Part shown: positions 23,601-38,600 of the stretch, piece after piece
Numbering within the stretch: the stretch's first letter is position 1
How the letters are laid out: the number at the start of each line of letters is the position of its first letter
Assembly: GCA_028534125.1 (NCBI GenBank)
Contig: CM052817.1
Location: 91,576,001-91,640,000, forward strand
From: Lama glama
Taxonomy: Eukaryota
Length of the DNA stretch: 64,000 nucleotides
Direction: 5' to 3'
Made by a program: the position numbers and the translations under genes
Notes under the pieces: model-generated
Told to the model about the DNA's origin: nothing
Seen by the model: only the letters and a program-made list of their open reading frames with translations
Databases searched by the model: none

Positions 23601-26600
23601 CTGGACCCGAGGCCACAGGACCCTGAAAGCCCTCATCTGTCAGCTGGTCAGTGGTTCTATCATTGTAACTGGTTAGAGGAGGGGGAGACACAGAGGGGAC
23701 AGAACACAGAGTAAGGATCTGGTTCCTCCGAGTCCCCAAAGCGGCTATGGTTCCTGACTCTTTTGAGACCCACATTGTTCACATATCCTTAAAATAACTG
23801 AGGCCTGCTAGAGTCTTGCCAATAAATGCAACCCCTCTTTTTTTTTTTTGGCCTTAAGTTAGTTTGAAGAGGGTGTTTGTTATTTGCAACCAGGAGTCCT
23901 AAGAAAAATATTCCCCCTGAGAATGATCACCCGCATTTCTCAAAATGTATTCTGTACTTATACCAAGGAGAAGGTAATAACCATAACAACTTTCCTGATG
24001 GGGTTTTATGGGAAGTGCCAATATCTTGTCTATTTTTTTTTTTAATGAATTCTGACAACCTAAAGCAATGATCTTCAAACTCAGAACTGTCTACTTGGGT
24101 AAATACCAATTACTAAATTGTAGATTCTTTTTTACTATATATATATAAAATTGAAGTATAGCCAGTTACAATGTATCAATTTCTGGTGTACAGCACAATG
24201 TCCTAGTCATGCATATATATACATACATTCGTCTTCATATTCTTTTTCATTATAGGTTACTACAAGATATTGAATATAGTTCCCTGTGCTATATAGAAGA
24301 AACTTGTTATTCTTTAAATCTACTTTTATATATAGTGGTTATCATTTGCAAATCTCGAACTCCCAAATTTATCCCTTCCCACCCACTTCCCCCAGTAACC
24401 ATAAGACTGTTTACTATTTCTGTGAGTCTGTTTCTCTTTTATAGATGAGTTCCTAGTGTCTTTTTTCTTTTCTTCTTTTTTTATGGTATATCATATGGTA
24501 TTTTTCTTTCTCTTTCTGGCTTACTTCACTTAGAATGACAATCTCTGGGTCCATCCTCGTTGCTGCAAATGGCATGATTTCCTTCTTTTTTATGATTGAG
24601 TAGTATTCCATTGTATAAATATACCACAACTTTTTTACCCAGTCATCTGTCGGTGGACATTTAGGTTGCTTCCACACTAAGTTGCAGATTCTTAGGCACC
24701 CAGCCCACCCCCTGAGATTCAGAGTCATGGCTTTTTGGTTTGTTTTTTCTTTTTAACAACTGTCCTAGGGGATTTTGATAAAGTGGTATGAACTTTTAAA
24801 AGACATATAATTCAGTAAAATTCAACCCTTATGTATTAAATCTGGCTCAATTCTTTTTATAAGTCAAGCTGGGGGTATGTAATTATTAATCATATCTTCT
24901 TAATTGACGAGGAAGTGGGCACCTCCCATAAATCCTCATCATGAAAGTTACTGTGGTTATTACATTCTCCTTGGTATAAGTATGAAACACATTTTGGGAC
25001 AGGGAAGTGACTTATTAAGTATTTTATGATAAAGAAGTAGGTTCTGGAAGGATAAATAACCTGCCTAAGACCATAATACAGTAAATATTGGGGCTGAGAC
25101 TCAAAGGAGGGGACTCTTAAGTTCAAGACTCTTGCCACTAAAAATAATGCCACTTCTGGGGTTTTAAAATCTGTATCACCAACTGGGATCTTGCCCTGAT
25201 TGGAGTCTCCTCATTTCTAAACATTATAACACTGTCTCCTTTGAGAACATATGGGAAGAGCACAGATATTAGAGTTTGAAGTTCAAAGATTACTGTTTCC
25301 CTTGAGTAAAACCAATTTTTCATTCTGGGATGATTTTATATTTACAGAAAAGCTGCAGAGATAGTACAGAGAGTCCCCAGTAGCCCTCACTGCTCCTCCT
25401 AATGTTAATTTCTTAAGTTACATGGTACGTTTGTCCAAATTAAGAAACCAACATAGCTGCACTACTATTGACTGAACTCTAGACTTTATTCAGATTTCAC
25501 CAGTTTTCCCACAAATACCCTTTTTTTCTGTTCCAGGATCCAATCCAGAATCCCACATTGCATTTAAAATGCCTCAGTTTTTAACTTAAAAAAACAAAAA
25601 CTGAGACATTTATAACAACCCAAGTTGGACCTAAATGTGAAGTACTAGATTTCTTATTTTTGGACAACCACTATTTGGAGAATCTCCTTCCGAACCAAAT
25701 AGCTAAATATTTTTTCAGCCTATCAATGCCTAGATATATTACTTTTTCTCCTTTCTTCCCCTTATGCCTCAGCTTGGATTGGAAATACAGACACTCATAC
25801 ATTGTTTTCAAGGAATCAGAACGATTCAATTGGCTTTCTTATGTTGTGTCACCCAAAAATACAAAATCTCGATTATTTTATGTGTATATTTTCCAGATTT
25901 TCTACAATAAATTATTTTATATATTTATTTATTTTTTTGGTGCCAGAACCTACAATAAATAATTTTATAATCAGAAAAAAAGTTTAGTGTGCCGTACTGT
26001 GCTTCTAAAAGGAAATAGGATTTTTTTCTAAGATAGATTCCAACAGACTCACTCATGTGTCAGTTAGGTCCTCCAAGAAGATGCTAGGCTCTGAATGTGC
26101 ATTTATCTTTTCCAATCAGAGCTCAAGCTGGATCAGCTTTACAATCGGTACCCACCTGGAGATCTACCTAATTTGATTCTTTATTAATTAAATCATTAAA
26201 CTGTAGTTTTTTTTCCCCCCTGAGATATACTATTCACAATTGGTTAGATTTACTGGCATCATTTTTTCATTCCTTCCCTGTATTGGAATTACATAGCTGT
26301 GCCCTGACAGGTGACTTTTCAGCATCTGCCACTAAAGCGCATGGTGTATATTTCCCTGTCTCACTGATGTTTGGCTTGGCCATGTGACTTGCTCTGACCA
26401 ATGAAAAGTGGGGGAAAGGGACATAGCATCAGCTCCAAGCTGAGGCTTTAAGAGGCGTCATAGGTGTCTGCTCATGGTCTGGCTTCCTGTGACCATCTGA
26501 GAAAATGTGGACCCAGGTCACCACTGTCCCTTCAGACTGGGCCCCAGAATGAAGACATAGAGCAGACTCAAACCTGGCTAGAAGCCTGAAGTCCAGCCTG

Positions 26601-29600
26601 GCCCGAGTACTGCTGGTCAGCAGATCTGCGTTTGCTGTTGTAAACCACTGAGGCGTGAGGTGCCTGTGAAGCAGCACAGTTGACTAGTACACCATTAAAG
26701 TGGCCTAGGCAAAGACAGTCACTTCTCTCAGATAAGCCCTAACAACTGGCTTTAGGGAATGAGAGCAACCCTTTGGGGGCAGATTGAACTTACTTCCAGG
26801 CATCAGTTCAAAGTGAGGTCTTCCTTCTTCAGTGGACGTGAGAGTAGCCAGTTTCCCTTCTATCATCTCTCCATCAATGAATTTTCCATACAGGGCAGTC
26901 CTCTCATCGGGGTACACATAGGCGATCTTCTCTCCCGTCATCTCCCCATCTTCATTTACTTCTCCTACAAGGCTGCCTCCATCCTGATGGGAGAAACCCA
27001 AAATCAGAAAATATTATATATAGTATTTATCTGTATGACACGAGTCCAAGAAATTTTTCTCGTGCACCCCCACTGTTAATACGGATCATGATAGTTTAAG
27101 AACTTAGCGCTTTGCACATGAGTGTGAAAAGCACGGCGCATATCTCCCCTCCCCATCCCGTCCCCTCTAAGTTATATGCACAGGGGGCGTGTAAACCTGA
27201 TTGAGAGTCAGAGATGGGGTTATACTTTATAATCCCGGACAAGTTGCTGATACTCTATCTTGGTTTGCTATCTAAGGCAAAAATGTTGTATCTGTAGCAT
27301 TAGTTACAGCCATTTAAAGGAAACATAACTAAGTGATCGCTTTGGGCCAAGATCAAATGAGACAGGAGTCTGCAGCAAGACAGGCTGGCTCGCCATTCCT
27401 ATGATCCTATGTTGAATTCTGGATTTCTGGTCTATTAAGAACATCTGTAGTTTAAAGGTACTTAAGAATCACTTCAGTGTACATGAGGAAAGAGAGCTGT
27501 CTGCACTTTCTAAGAGATGAGCAAACGGACTTCTGCACACGGCCTTTCTGAGTCTCCTATACCGTCATTTTTTGGGGGGAGTCAGAAGGAAAAGTGAGGA
27601 AAGATCAGCTCAGTTCTACTCCCTCCCCATCACTTCTTTCTTCCCACTCTTCTTGATTACTGCTCCCTTTTGCCTCCTTCCAGGAGAGGAACCAGCTGTG
27701 CTTCCTGTTTAACTGTCATTCGCTTCAATCCTCAGGGTCATTAAATGCTTTAGCTTATCATAGCATAGCTTAGCTTTCTGTATCCTGGTATCAGTTTGAG
27801 GGACACAGCAGGTGATATAATTACTGTTGAAATTGAATTGGAATACTAAAGATAAGCTAATAATTAAAAAAAATCAAATCTAGGGTGCAAGAGATGTTTC
27901 CTTCTTTTCCCCCATCCAGAAGGCCCTTATGGTATAACTGAAAATCTAAGACCTTTGTGGGTTTGACATAACAACAGTAATGCAATGACATCTTCTAAAA
28001 GCGTGGTTAGGTGCCCAACTCAAAGGTTCTAGTTCCCCAGCTCAAAGGTTCAGGTCAGTGATGAGGGATGCTCCTGAGTGATCCCAGATGTTGCTACTGA
28101 GAGACAGCAGGCAGAAGTCCCACCAGGTAAAGGACTTCTACAGCTCCCCATAGTCTGACTGGACAAGAAAGGTTATAAATTTAAAAATGAATCACAGCAC
28201 TTTCATAGAAAGAAAAATACTTGGAAGCACTTTTCACGGATAGAAGTGCATTAGGGATGTATTATTGCTCTTTCTCCTCCCCGCGTTAATTCTTAATAAC
28301 TCAGCCTGAACGGGGTCGGTACTTTTTGCAAGATCTGCCTGCAGGCTTTCAGTGGTGATTACTGAGCTGAAGGATGTTGGAGCATTTGTGCTTCTTACAC
28401 GCCGCCGTAATTGACATAAGCCATCAGCATTTCTATGTATTCGTAACAGAATGCTGTCTTTCTAGGGTCCCACTTTTCTCCCCCCTTATGTGCTTTAAAC
28501 TTCCAGTTTGGGGGGGGCAAGTGAATTTATTTGTCTAGAATAATAAAGTAGAGATTCTTCTTTTACTTCCAAAGGGAGTTATGAGTTTTTAATTAAAAAC
28601 TTTCCATCACAGTTCCAAGGTAAAATTTTGAAAGAAATAAATTGTCCTTAGAGTGGGCTTATAAATCCTTTGGGGGAAATCATGATTTTTGCTTGCTTTT
28701 GTTCCTGCTTTAACCTCATGTCACAAACACCTCCCTGTCAGCTGCCCCTTTGTCTCCTCTGCTCAGTGGCTTCCCCTCATGGATGGAGAAATCATGCATT
28801 TGATTAGAGAGAGAGCAGGATCTGACGCCCGCTGACGCCCATCTCTACCAGGGGGTTAACAGGATAAAGCCTGCTGCTCCCATGTGTTCTGCATTTCTGC
28901 TCACCTGTCCTGGGGACTGGCAGTGCTCACAGGCTGTACCTGCCCCCCTCTGTTTCTGTCCTTTCCTTGGGGAAGCTGCCCCAGGCAGCCGTACTCTCCC
29001 AGGAGAACCTGCAGCTTTCTAGCTGCTCTGCGGACCGCCAGTCCACCGGTTTAGTTCAGAGGGGAAAGAGTAGAAGACCGCACATCTCCAGTCAAAGGTG
29101 CCACAATGAAACCAACATCTCGATCCCTGACACCTGTGTCCATTAGTTGATTCGCACTCCAGAAAGCAGAGCAGAGGGGTGTGATTACCACCCCACTCCA
29201 AGTGCCAACAGACTCTATATACAAACTGTTATCAACCAAGTTAATTTTTAAAGCTTATAACTCTCCAGTGCCTCTTCCTTCCTGAGTCAGAGTCTGCTCT
29301 TGATGTTTAAAAAAACAATAATCAAGGCTACATGCAGCTGCACATTTTAGGTTTCAAAATACAACTACATTGAGTGAGTCAGATCCATTCACTTTAGTGC
29401 ATCTTTGATCTCCTTCCTAGACCCATCCTCGTGCAGAGATCCACCTTCCCTGACTTTAAGACTCTCCATCACAACGGCAGCTCCCCAGCCCTGGGCAGCA
29501 GGACCTTTAACCTGCCTACTCACGAAGCAACAACAGTTTCAGGCCTCCTAAACTGGTAAGTCCCTCCACCTCTTCTACCTCTGAAACTGAAAGGACTTCT

Positions 29601-32600
29601 GATCTATTGCAGACCCTACCAAGAGCATGTGTAAGTTCTTTAGTAATTATTTAAAAAAATGTTTTACAGTATTTTTTCCATACGCCTAGACTACAATTTT
29701 TTAGGAACAATAATGTGTAAGTAGATTTAGCTGGGACTACTTTTCTCATTATACTTGTAATAGATATTTTGTTTTTAATTAAAACCCAATTTGGGTTCAG
29801 AGTAAGAAAAAATATAGTTTGACTTAAACTCTGGACAAAATAAAATATTAGATAATATATTTTCTCAGGTCTATTTTCTGAAACATTTTCTAGAAATTCA
29901 CTAATAACAGATAGGGTATTTGAAATGCAAACAAAATTGAGAGCATTAATTCCCAACTAGGGGTTTTGCCATATCTTTTTGCTCTAGTCATCTCCAGGAA
30001 GATCATAAAGTGTTATTTAATACTCAAAGGCAAGTTAATTTTAATCACCTTAATTTAAGCAATTTAACAAGAAAGCACCTTATAAAGTAGGAAGTAAGGT
30101 TGTAAAATGAAGTAACAACAGTGTAATAAGTCCAAAAAGATGAGAAATTGCTGCATTTGTTCTTACATATGAGAAAGAATAAAATTAACTGCAACAATGA
30201 AACTTTCTGCCAGCTGTAAGGAATATTTTTAAAAAGCAATATAGTTTTTTATCTTTATCAGTGGTACTGTAAAACCAGTGTGTCCCAGTTTGTTCTAATC
30301 ATGACCAATCATTCCTTTCCAAAACCACCGTGAAGAGGAATTCGTAACAGAGCGAAGGGCAACAATCTAAGTCCATAGTGAAAACAGTGAGAGGACATCC
30401 CTCCTAAACTGCTGGCTTCAGCTACAGTGACTCTCAAATTTCACAGCCTCACATTTTCTAACAGAGAATACATTTTACTCTTCACTGAGCAGACTCAAAG
30501 CACTGTCTGAAAACATGTTACTTTCCAGCAAAACGAACAGTCATGAGGCTTACTGGGTAATATATCCAGCACACTCCATGCCGAATGTTATCTTTATATT
30601 GCCCCTTGAAGATCAGTCTCCCATCTGTGTCGTACTCCTGGGCCGGTCCATTCAGCTCTCCATCTACATACGTGCCCTGGAGAACTCCTCCATCCTCATA
30701 AGTGTAAACTCCTTGGCCCTGCAGGGCATCGTCCACATAATATCCCTCCAGGGTGCTGTGAGAGAAGGGAGAACAAAAGGGAATAGTCAGACTGTGACTC
30801 AAGCCTTGGAAAAAAAAGATCACATCCAAGGAACTGTGTGCCCAGCTGTTGTTTCAGTGCTGACCTGTATGCAGTGCATCCTCTGAATTCTCCGAGATTG
30901 CTAGGAAGAATACTCCTGAGATAAGAGTAGGCTTAGAAACAGAGAGGGAGATTTAACTCCTCATCTCCTGGTTCCTATGAATCCTATTTCTCTGCTGGAG
31001 GAAACAGAGAAGAAAGAAGCCACAGGTGGAAACTGAGAATAAGCCTCATCTGAAGACGTTTCCAAAGCTAGATGCTGACCAATACCAGGCAATAGAAATC
31101 CTGGTGTTACCCTTTCCGCATATAAACCACCCATGCTTAGTTTCCCTCAAGAGTGGTCCAGAATTCACCAGCAGTTTTCAAGGGTCTTTCAGATGGCTTG
31201 CACAGAGTGGTCTCTAAAAATACAAATGTGGCTTAGAATGTGTAGATGTCTACATATTTGTCTTAAGCCATTAATGCATTATTTATCAGTGATAGTCATA
31301 CTTGGTATCCAATCAAAAGTATCTCCTTCCATCTCTTTGGAAGATATATGGGGATTTACTCAAGTATGTGTGTGCTCTCAAGGGAAATGGGGCAAGTACT
31401 TAAGACGGCAGGCTAAAGCTTGCTGATATCATTAGCAGCTTGATAAAGTTTGAGACCCATGGTCCTAGAACAGAAGAAAGCTCACAGAACTGCTCATGGT
31501 GATTTTATAAGAACTACTCTCTCTCCCCTCATAAAACCCTTTTGGAATTTCGATAACATTTTTTTCAGTGTCCACCTCACAGAGGCCATTATGCAATGAA
31601 ACTAACTTGACCAAAAAATTCCCTTCATGAGTTGAAATTTGGAATAAAAGACCAGCTCAAATTACTCTTAAATTTAAAACCTAAGATGTTTAGCAACAAA
31701 GACAATCTGATTATTTTAACATGTGCAGATAGCGCTCATTTGTTAATTCACTAACATTTACAGAGTGACTTCAAGTAGCGAGCATCGTGTGAGGATCCAG
31801 AGAGCATGATGAACAAAACAAACAGAAAAACAAGAGACATGTACTGGGGACAGGTGGGACCCAAAGGGGTCTGTGGGGACCGAGGTGGCTGCACCTGGCT
31901 CTGCCTAGAAGAGTCTTGTCTTGCTGTAATGGATGATAGAATATCTGTGATTATTAAATGAAAAGCACAGTCTAAAAAATGGTAGCCTATGATTATATTG
32001 TAATTACACTATTTGTCGTCTCCCAAGGAGATAAATAGTTCTCTTTCAGTTTTGTTTGTACAATCCATGATAAATCGGCCTAGTAAATTCATGAAGAGAA
32101 TAAAGTGCACTTTAGCATAGCCTTTGTATCAATAATCAAAATTCTAAATCAAGGAGGTCGGAATTAATGAGATTCGATGTCATTAGACTCCTGCAATGAA
32201 AAAAAAAAGGAAGAACAACCTTAGTGAAGGATAACTAATCAACTGACATGATGCAATATACAGTGTGAAAACCAATTTAATCATCTCTCTGCATTTTGGG
32301 GATCGCCAAATAAAATACCGGATGCTTAGTTAAGTTTGAATTTCAGATAAACAACACATAATCTTTTAGCATGAGTGTGTCCCCAATATTGAATGGGACA
32401 TGGGTTTTTTTAAGATTTTTTTTTTGTTACTTATCTGAAATACCATTTTAACTGGGTGCCCTGGATTTTTATTTGCTAAACCTGGTGACCCTATTGACTT
32501 TGAATTCTCAGCAGCATTCAAAATGTTACTGTGTGTGTGTTGGACAGAATTATCCCCTAACAGACTGGTCTGCCAACATTTCTCAGGTTTATGATCAAAT

Positions 32601-35600
32601 CTACAAGGCATGAGTCTGGCGAATCAGTTAAACGATCGTATGGATTTGCACACATTTCCCTGCAACCGTATCCAGTAGCTTGTCCCACCCTCCCCTACAG
32701 CAGAGCCCACTTTGTTAGTATCACAATCCAGAGAACAAACTGCTATTCCCCTCTGAGCTCAACTGACATAAGGTATACAAATGCAAATTCTTGGGGTTTG
32801 GAGAGCAAAACTTCCTGCATTATTGTCCAGCACCTGCCTGGGGAAACAGCTTAGCTTCCTTGGAAAATTTTTTTGGGAGCTTGGATGGAATCTGATGACA
32901 GCAAAGGGTCATGTTAGCACATGAACTGGGGTCTCCTGAGCAATACCAATGACAAGGCTTTAAAATATTTTTGTCACTGAGGAAATAAATTAAAAGCTTC
33001 TTAGCCGGGTGTTAAAGGCGCTACCTTTCTTTTTCCTCCAGAGGAGGTTGGCAAACCAGGGCCTGCTGCCTGTTTTTGTAAATACAGTTTTACTGGAACA
33101 CAGCCACGAACATTCCTTTCCGTATCCTCTGTGGCAGCTTTCACATGACAACAGCAGGGTTGAAGAGTTGCAACAGCGGCCGTATGTGGCCCCCAAAGCC
33201 TAAAATATTTACTGCCTCATCCTCTGCAGAAAGTTCGCTGACTCCTGCTCTGGAACCCTCTGTTCACACTGGTTCACTCACTGGCCCAGAGCACACCTCT
33301 ATGAATCGTAGCTTCCAAACTACGGTCTCCCTGCCTCTTCTCTTAAAACATATGTGACCAAATTTAAGTTCCTGAGGACACACTCAGGAGAAAAAAAAGT
33401 TACAGATCACATTTTCTTTTTTCCTTTTTTTTTTCATATAAAACAAAACAACTTTTGGAAAACAATGAATATTCTCCAACCTCTGGCCTTTTTCTATTCA
33501 AAAAAGAAATCAACTCTGAGAAAATGGCACTATTTTGTAGCCACTCAACTGTTACTATCTGGTCATATCTGAGAAATAACTATGTAGAAATAGGTTTCTG
33601 ATCTTTCTTGCTGATATTGGGTGGGGACTTGTGTTCTGGAGGAAGTGTGTTCATGGCAGGCCTCCTCAGAGCCTACCCATCCCCTGCACGGAGCCTGACT
33701 TCCCACAGAGTCTCCCTTGACCTCTGCAACTAGCATCACTGGAGCCTAGTCATGGGCGAGTATGTGCCATGTCTTTATCCATGGTGAGCTTACACATCCT
33801 ATTTCTCTAACTCAATTGTTAAGCCCTTTCATAGGAACAAATCAGGCATTCTGTATTCCTCCCCTAACACATAATAAACATAGCATATCTGCAAGTGGCA
33901 TTTCCTAAATGAAAGAGTGGAACTGGGAACTGGGATAATCTTGCTTTAAGAGAAGATTTAGAGGGAACACAAAGATTTAACAATTTCCTCAAGTGCAGGG
34001 AGGATTCTCTATATGAAGTATGTGCGCATGCAGCCTGCAAGTTGGGGAAGCGTCATAAACTTGATGCTGTATTTCTCCATTTGTAAACTGCAGCTACTAA
34101 TACAGTCATTAAGGATTACATGGGTTAATACATATCAGGGGCTTAGAAGATGATGTGGGACATGGTGATTGCTCGAATAAACAACAGCTATTATTATTAA
34201 GCATGTACATTCATGTATATGGTGGTGAGTTTTCTTCTGAGAAACTGGGCTTCAAACAGCAGCATCAGGGAAATAGTTACGAGACACTGGAATAGACAGA
34301 AATTTACAACGCTGCTCTACATCTGCTTAAAAAAATAAAACAAGCAGGAACAATTCCTCTCTGTCTGGGTGAAGGATGGACTAAATGCCTTTTTAAGTAA
34401 AAAAAAAAAGTATTATGTAAAAGGAACAAACAAAAACACAAAACACAAATCAAACACTACAAAGATGCAGAAAGTGGAAATTCCCAGTACTCTTACCCAA
34501 CTTGGCATAAACCATGTAAGACTTGTTCTTATTTATGTATCAGGCATTCTTCCCACCTCTTATGGTGGTTATTTTAACAAAAATGGGATCATGCTATACA
34601 CAATGTTCTTGATTTGTATTTTCTTACAGTCCCTTTCAACATCTTGGCAGATTCTTTAGTATGTTAAGAAGCTACAAAAATGGTTCAATTTTTCCAGTAC
34701 CAGCATCTGAATCAAGTAACTCAAAAACATGGAGAAAATTTAAAGATCAATTTTAATTAAAGTTCTTTCTTCCCATATACACACAGACCATTTTCATCTG
34801 TTCTACCAAAGCTCTTGTACTTAAATCTCCAGTTTTAAATTTAATTAGAAAATCTGACTGACAAAGAAATGAAAAAATTTCATAATTGTTTACCTAGACT
34901 GATAACATCTGCATTCTATGCAAATATTTTCATTTAAAAATTCCCTTTAATACCTGAATACACAAAAGTGTTCTTAGGAAATGAAACAGCCCCTGCTTTC
35001 CTTTATATTTTAGGCTCTAGAAGGTTTTGAGCTTTCTGCCTCATGAAGCATAAACTCTACTCCTTCCCCTCACTGTGTTCCCTTCCTTTTGTCAGATGTA
35101 GACTCAGAAGGGAAATTTTAAATGAAAGATAATTCTACTTTAAATTTCCATCTCTAACCAAATTAAATTGTGACTCTTAGCATTAAAACATTGTTTTAGG
35201 AACTACTTATGTGACAATAATAAATCTTATATATCTCTTTTTTTTAAAAAATTGAGATATAATTAACATAGAACATTATATATTATATAGAACATTATAT
35301 GTTATCTCTTAAAAAAGGGAAAACTAACTAAAGAAGGACATCGATAACAAACCCAAACCACCTGCTAGCGCTCCCTGCAACCAGAAACTTTGACTTCTTC
35401 CAAGGTGTGAGGAGCACACTGACTGGAGCACTGTCATGCTTCCGTGTCATACAGTGCAGTGTCTTCACAGATGTTCATCCTTCAATAAAAGATGTATGAG
35501 TCTGTAGGATCTGATTGTTATAAAGCCCCAGGATAATAGTAAAATATTTGAAGAGCAATTAGTGACATTTAGTTTTGCCCTCTAAAAGTAAACCCTGAGA

Positions 35601-38600
35601 AAACCCTGATGGCCACTGTTACCAACTGATAATACTAGAAACAGCAGTAATAAAATATAATAGTGATAATAATAATATTCCATCCTTGACCTTGAGGGCA
35701 TTACGCTAAGTGAAAGAAGTCAAACAAAGATAAATACTGTATGTGCCACTTACATGTGGAATCTAAAAAAGTCTAATTCCTGGAATCAGAGAGTAGAATG
35801 GTGGTTGCCAGGGGCTGGAGGGTGGGGGAAACGAGGAGATGTTGGCCACAGGTACAAACTTCCAGTTATACGATGAGTAAGTTCTGAGAATGTATAGCAT
35901 AGTGAGTATAAATAACAATACTTTTTATATTTGAAAGTTGTTAAGACAGGAGATCTTAAATCTCATCACCACACACACAAAGGCAATGACGTGAGGGAAT
36001 GAAGGTGTAATTGTGGTAATCATTTCACAATATATACATGTATCAAATCACGCTGTACACCTTAAACCTACATATGTTATATGTCGATGATATCTTAATA
36101 AAGCTGTAAAAAATGCAGATACCGAGTAATAGAAAAAAAAAGTAGGCTTTCCTGTGAGGGCCTATTAGGTATCCTCCACTCGAGGCCTTAACAGGTTTTC
36201 TCATTCAATCTTCACGTCAACTTGGAGAAGTAGATATAATTATCCTCATTTTTCAAATGAGGAAATAATCAGGGAGCTAGATTAGGGCTCTTCTGAGCTG
36301 ATTCCTCAGGAAAAACCTCCCATCAATCTGCCAAGCTTCCACCAAGTTGTTCATGCTCCCACAGGAGAGTAACTGAATTCACCCCAGGATTCCTTTCAAC
36401 TTTTTCCAATTATAGCTAATGAGTGACCTCAGGTAAAATGAAAGCATAGAAGAAAGGCAGTCAGGATCAGAGTGATCTCCTTGCTGCCTATTAGAGGAAG
36501 GTGGCAGATGTGGTGAGAAGTCAGGTGGCTCTGGAACTGAACTTACCTGGGCGTGACTCGCAGCTCCGGCTCTTACCAGCGAGGTGACCCGGGGCAAGTT
36601 ATTTAATCTCCTTGTGCCTTAGTTTCTTCATTAGTAGAAAAAGGATTATAAAACCTACTTCACAGACGGTTATGAAGACTTCGTGTCTAGTGTAGAGCAA
36701 ATGGTAGGTATTCAAAGCTATCCATCTCGTCCCCACTCCCTTTCTTCTCACACATCACAAAAATGTTTGCCTCACTCAGAACTGTTCCTTAGAATACAAT
36801 TGAATATACGTGTTGAACCTGCTTCCAACAAAAGCTGAATGATTATCAGCAACCTAGAAGGCACTTTTGCCTTGTGTGGGAGGTTGGAATACATGACTTC
36901 AGAAGTCCATTCCAACTTCAACTTCTCTGAAATGAGAGCAAGCACTTTCTAAAAACCAAACACAAGGACTCCTGCATGCACCCATCACCTGAAAAAAAAA
37001 ACCAGCCCTCCCAGTAGCTCATCAGACGGGCAGCCTCACTAAGATTATCTGGTCAACCATCCACTACAAGGCGCCCTCTTAGCCAGACTCATTAGTGTAA
37101 CAAATCAATATCAGAAATGACGTGGGCAGAGGAGAATGGAGTTGTGGGGTAGCAAATAATACTTTGAAATCTAACTGGCATGGTAAGAGGAAGTATCAAA
37201 AATATTAAAGAAAAAATGAATTCACTTATCTCTATCTCATAATCAGGCTAAAAACCACACGACGCCCTAGTATTACACAGCCCAAAGAAATTGGCAATGA
37301 AATACCTCTCCTTACCATTCTAAGATTTCAAGAAGTCCTGCTAAATTGTCTTTACATCCACAAATTTTGGTTGAAATAAGAACAATTAAGGGAAAAAATA
37401 CATTAACATGAAAATCCAGAACCTGGGATGAGTGTAAAAATTAGAGATGTGTATACTGAAGTATTCTGCACACTAAACATGCTGTCATACCCCACAGTAC
37501 TCCACCACTGGTGCCAGAGAGGATGCAGAGCCACACCAGCCAAGTCTCCAAAGTTCTCTCCTCACGGCACAAATGCTTTTATCTCAGGACCAGAGCAGGT
37601 GTGAGTAAGTCTCAATTACCTAATCTTGGGGCAGTCTTCTTTCTTTAAAAAAAAAGGGGGTGGGGGACAGTAACTGCTTGAAAAGATAATTTTTTAAAAA
37701 TCAGGTCAATTTTCTCATTCATTCCTCATTTGTGGGATAAACTATATGGTAAAGGATGAGTGGTCTGACTTGAGGTTTCCAACATAATAAGCTGGTTGTA
37801 ACTTAAGGGAAGACAAGTCAACTATTGGTTAAGATCTCAAAACTAGCAAACATTCTGAAACTTCTAAAGCTAAGATGGGAGTAAAAGGTAAAAAAATGTA
37901 CATTTTGGCTATTTGAACTGATTCAGAAATAGACAGTTCTTTATTTTACCTTGAATGTATTTAATTAAGACGCTTGAATTCTCTGCCAACAGCGGTTCAC
38001 CTCTGTGACATGAGGGTGGGGGTCAAAAAGTAAGGGAGCAGGTTCGCTTTTTACATTTCTGTATTTCTTGAAGTTCTTTATTCTACCAAGTATTTGCTAT
38101 ACATGTAATTTAAAAAGAAAATGAAATATTCTACTTCTGTTTTGCCAGCCCATTTTTCCCAGTCATCTGAATAATTAAAATTCTTATTCAGATTTATCAT
38201 GTTCTATGTAAGGGGGAAAGTTGATTCTAGAGTTTTCTTAACCTAAATTGGTATTTGTTTTAAAATCTCATAAATCACACACCCAGTTTATGGCACCAGA
38301 TTGTGGTGATAGTTTCATGAACATGTACTTAACTCCAAATACATCAAGTTGTTAAATATATACAGCTTTTTTGGATGTGAATCATGAGGCCTCCATAAAG
38401 TGGGTTAAAAAAAAATCACACATCCAGGTTCAGGTTTTATATAAGATTAGAATGCCTCAGGTCTTCTAAGTGACAAAAAGTGTCACTTACACTTTTTGAT
38501 TTTGCAAACAAACCCCCTGATCAGAATGTAAGTCAGTACTACAGGCTCGCACAACTTTTAAAAGACTCTAGGTGGAGGGTATAGCTCAGTGGTAGAATGC

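Noticed and set aside
23877..25153. Two similar peptides ([12 protein letters not shown] / [12 protein letters not shown]) as duplicated small genes
   Set aside because: The similarity comes from the DNA inverted repeat. Many differences change the amino acid and the flanks are unrelated.
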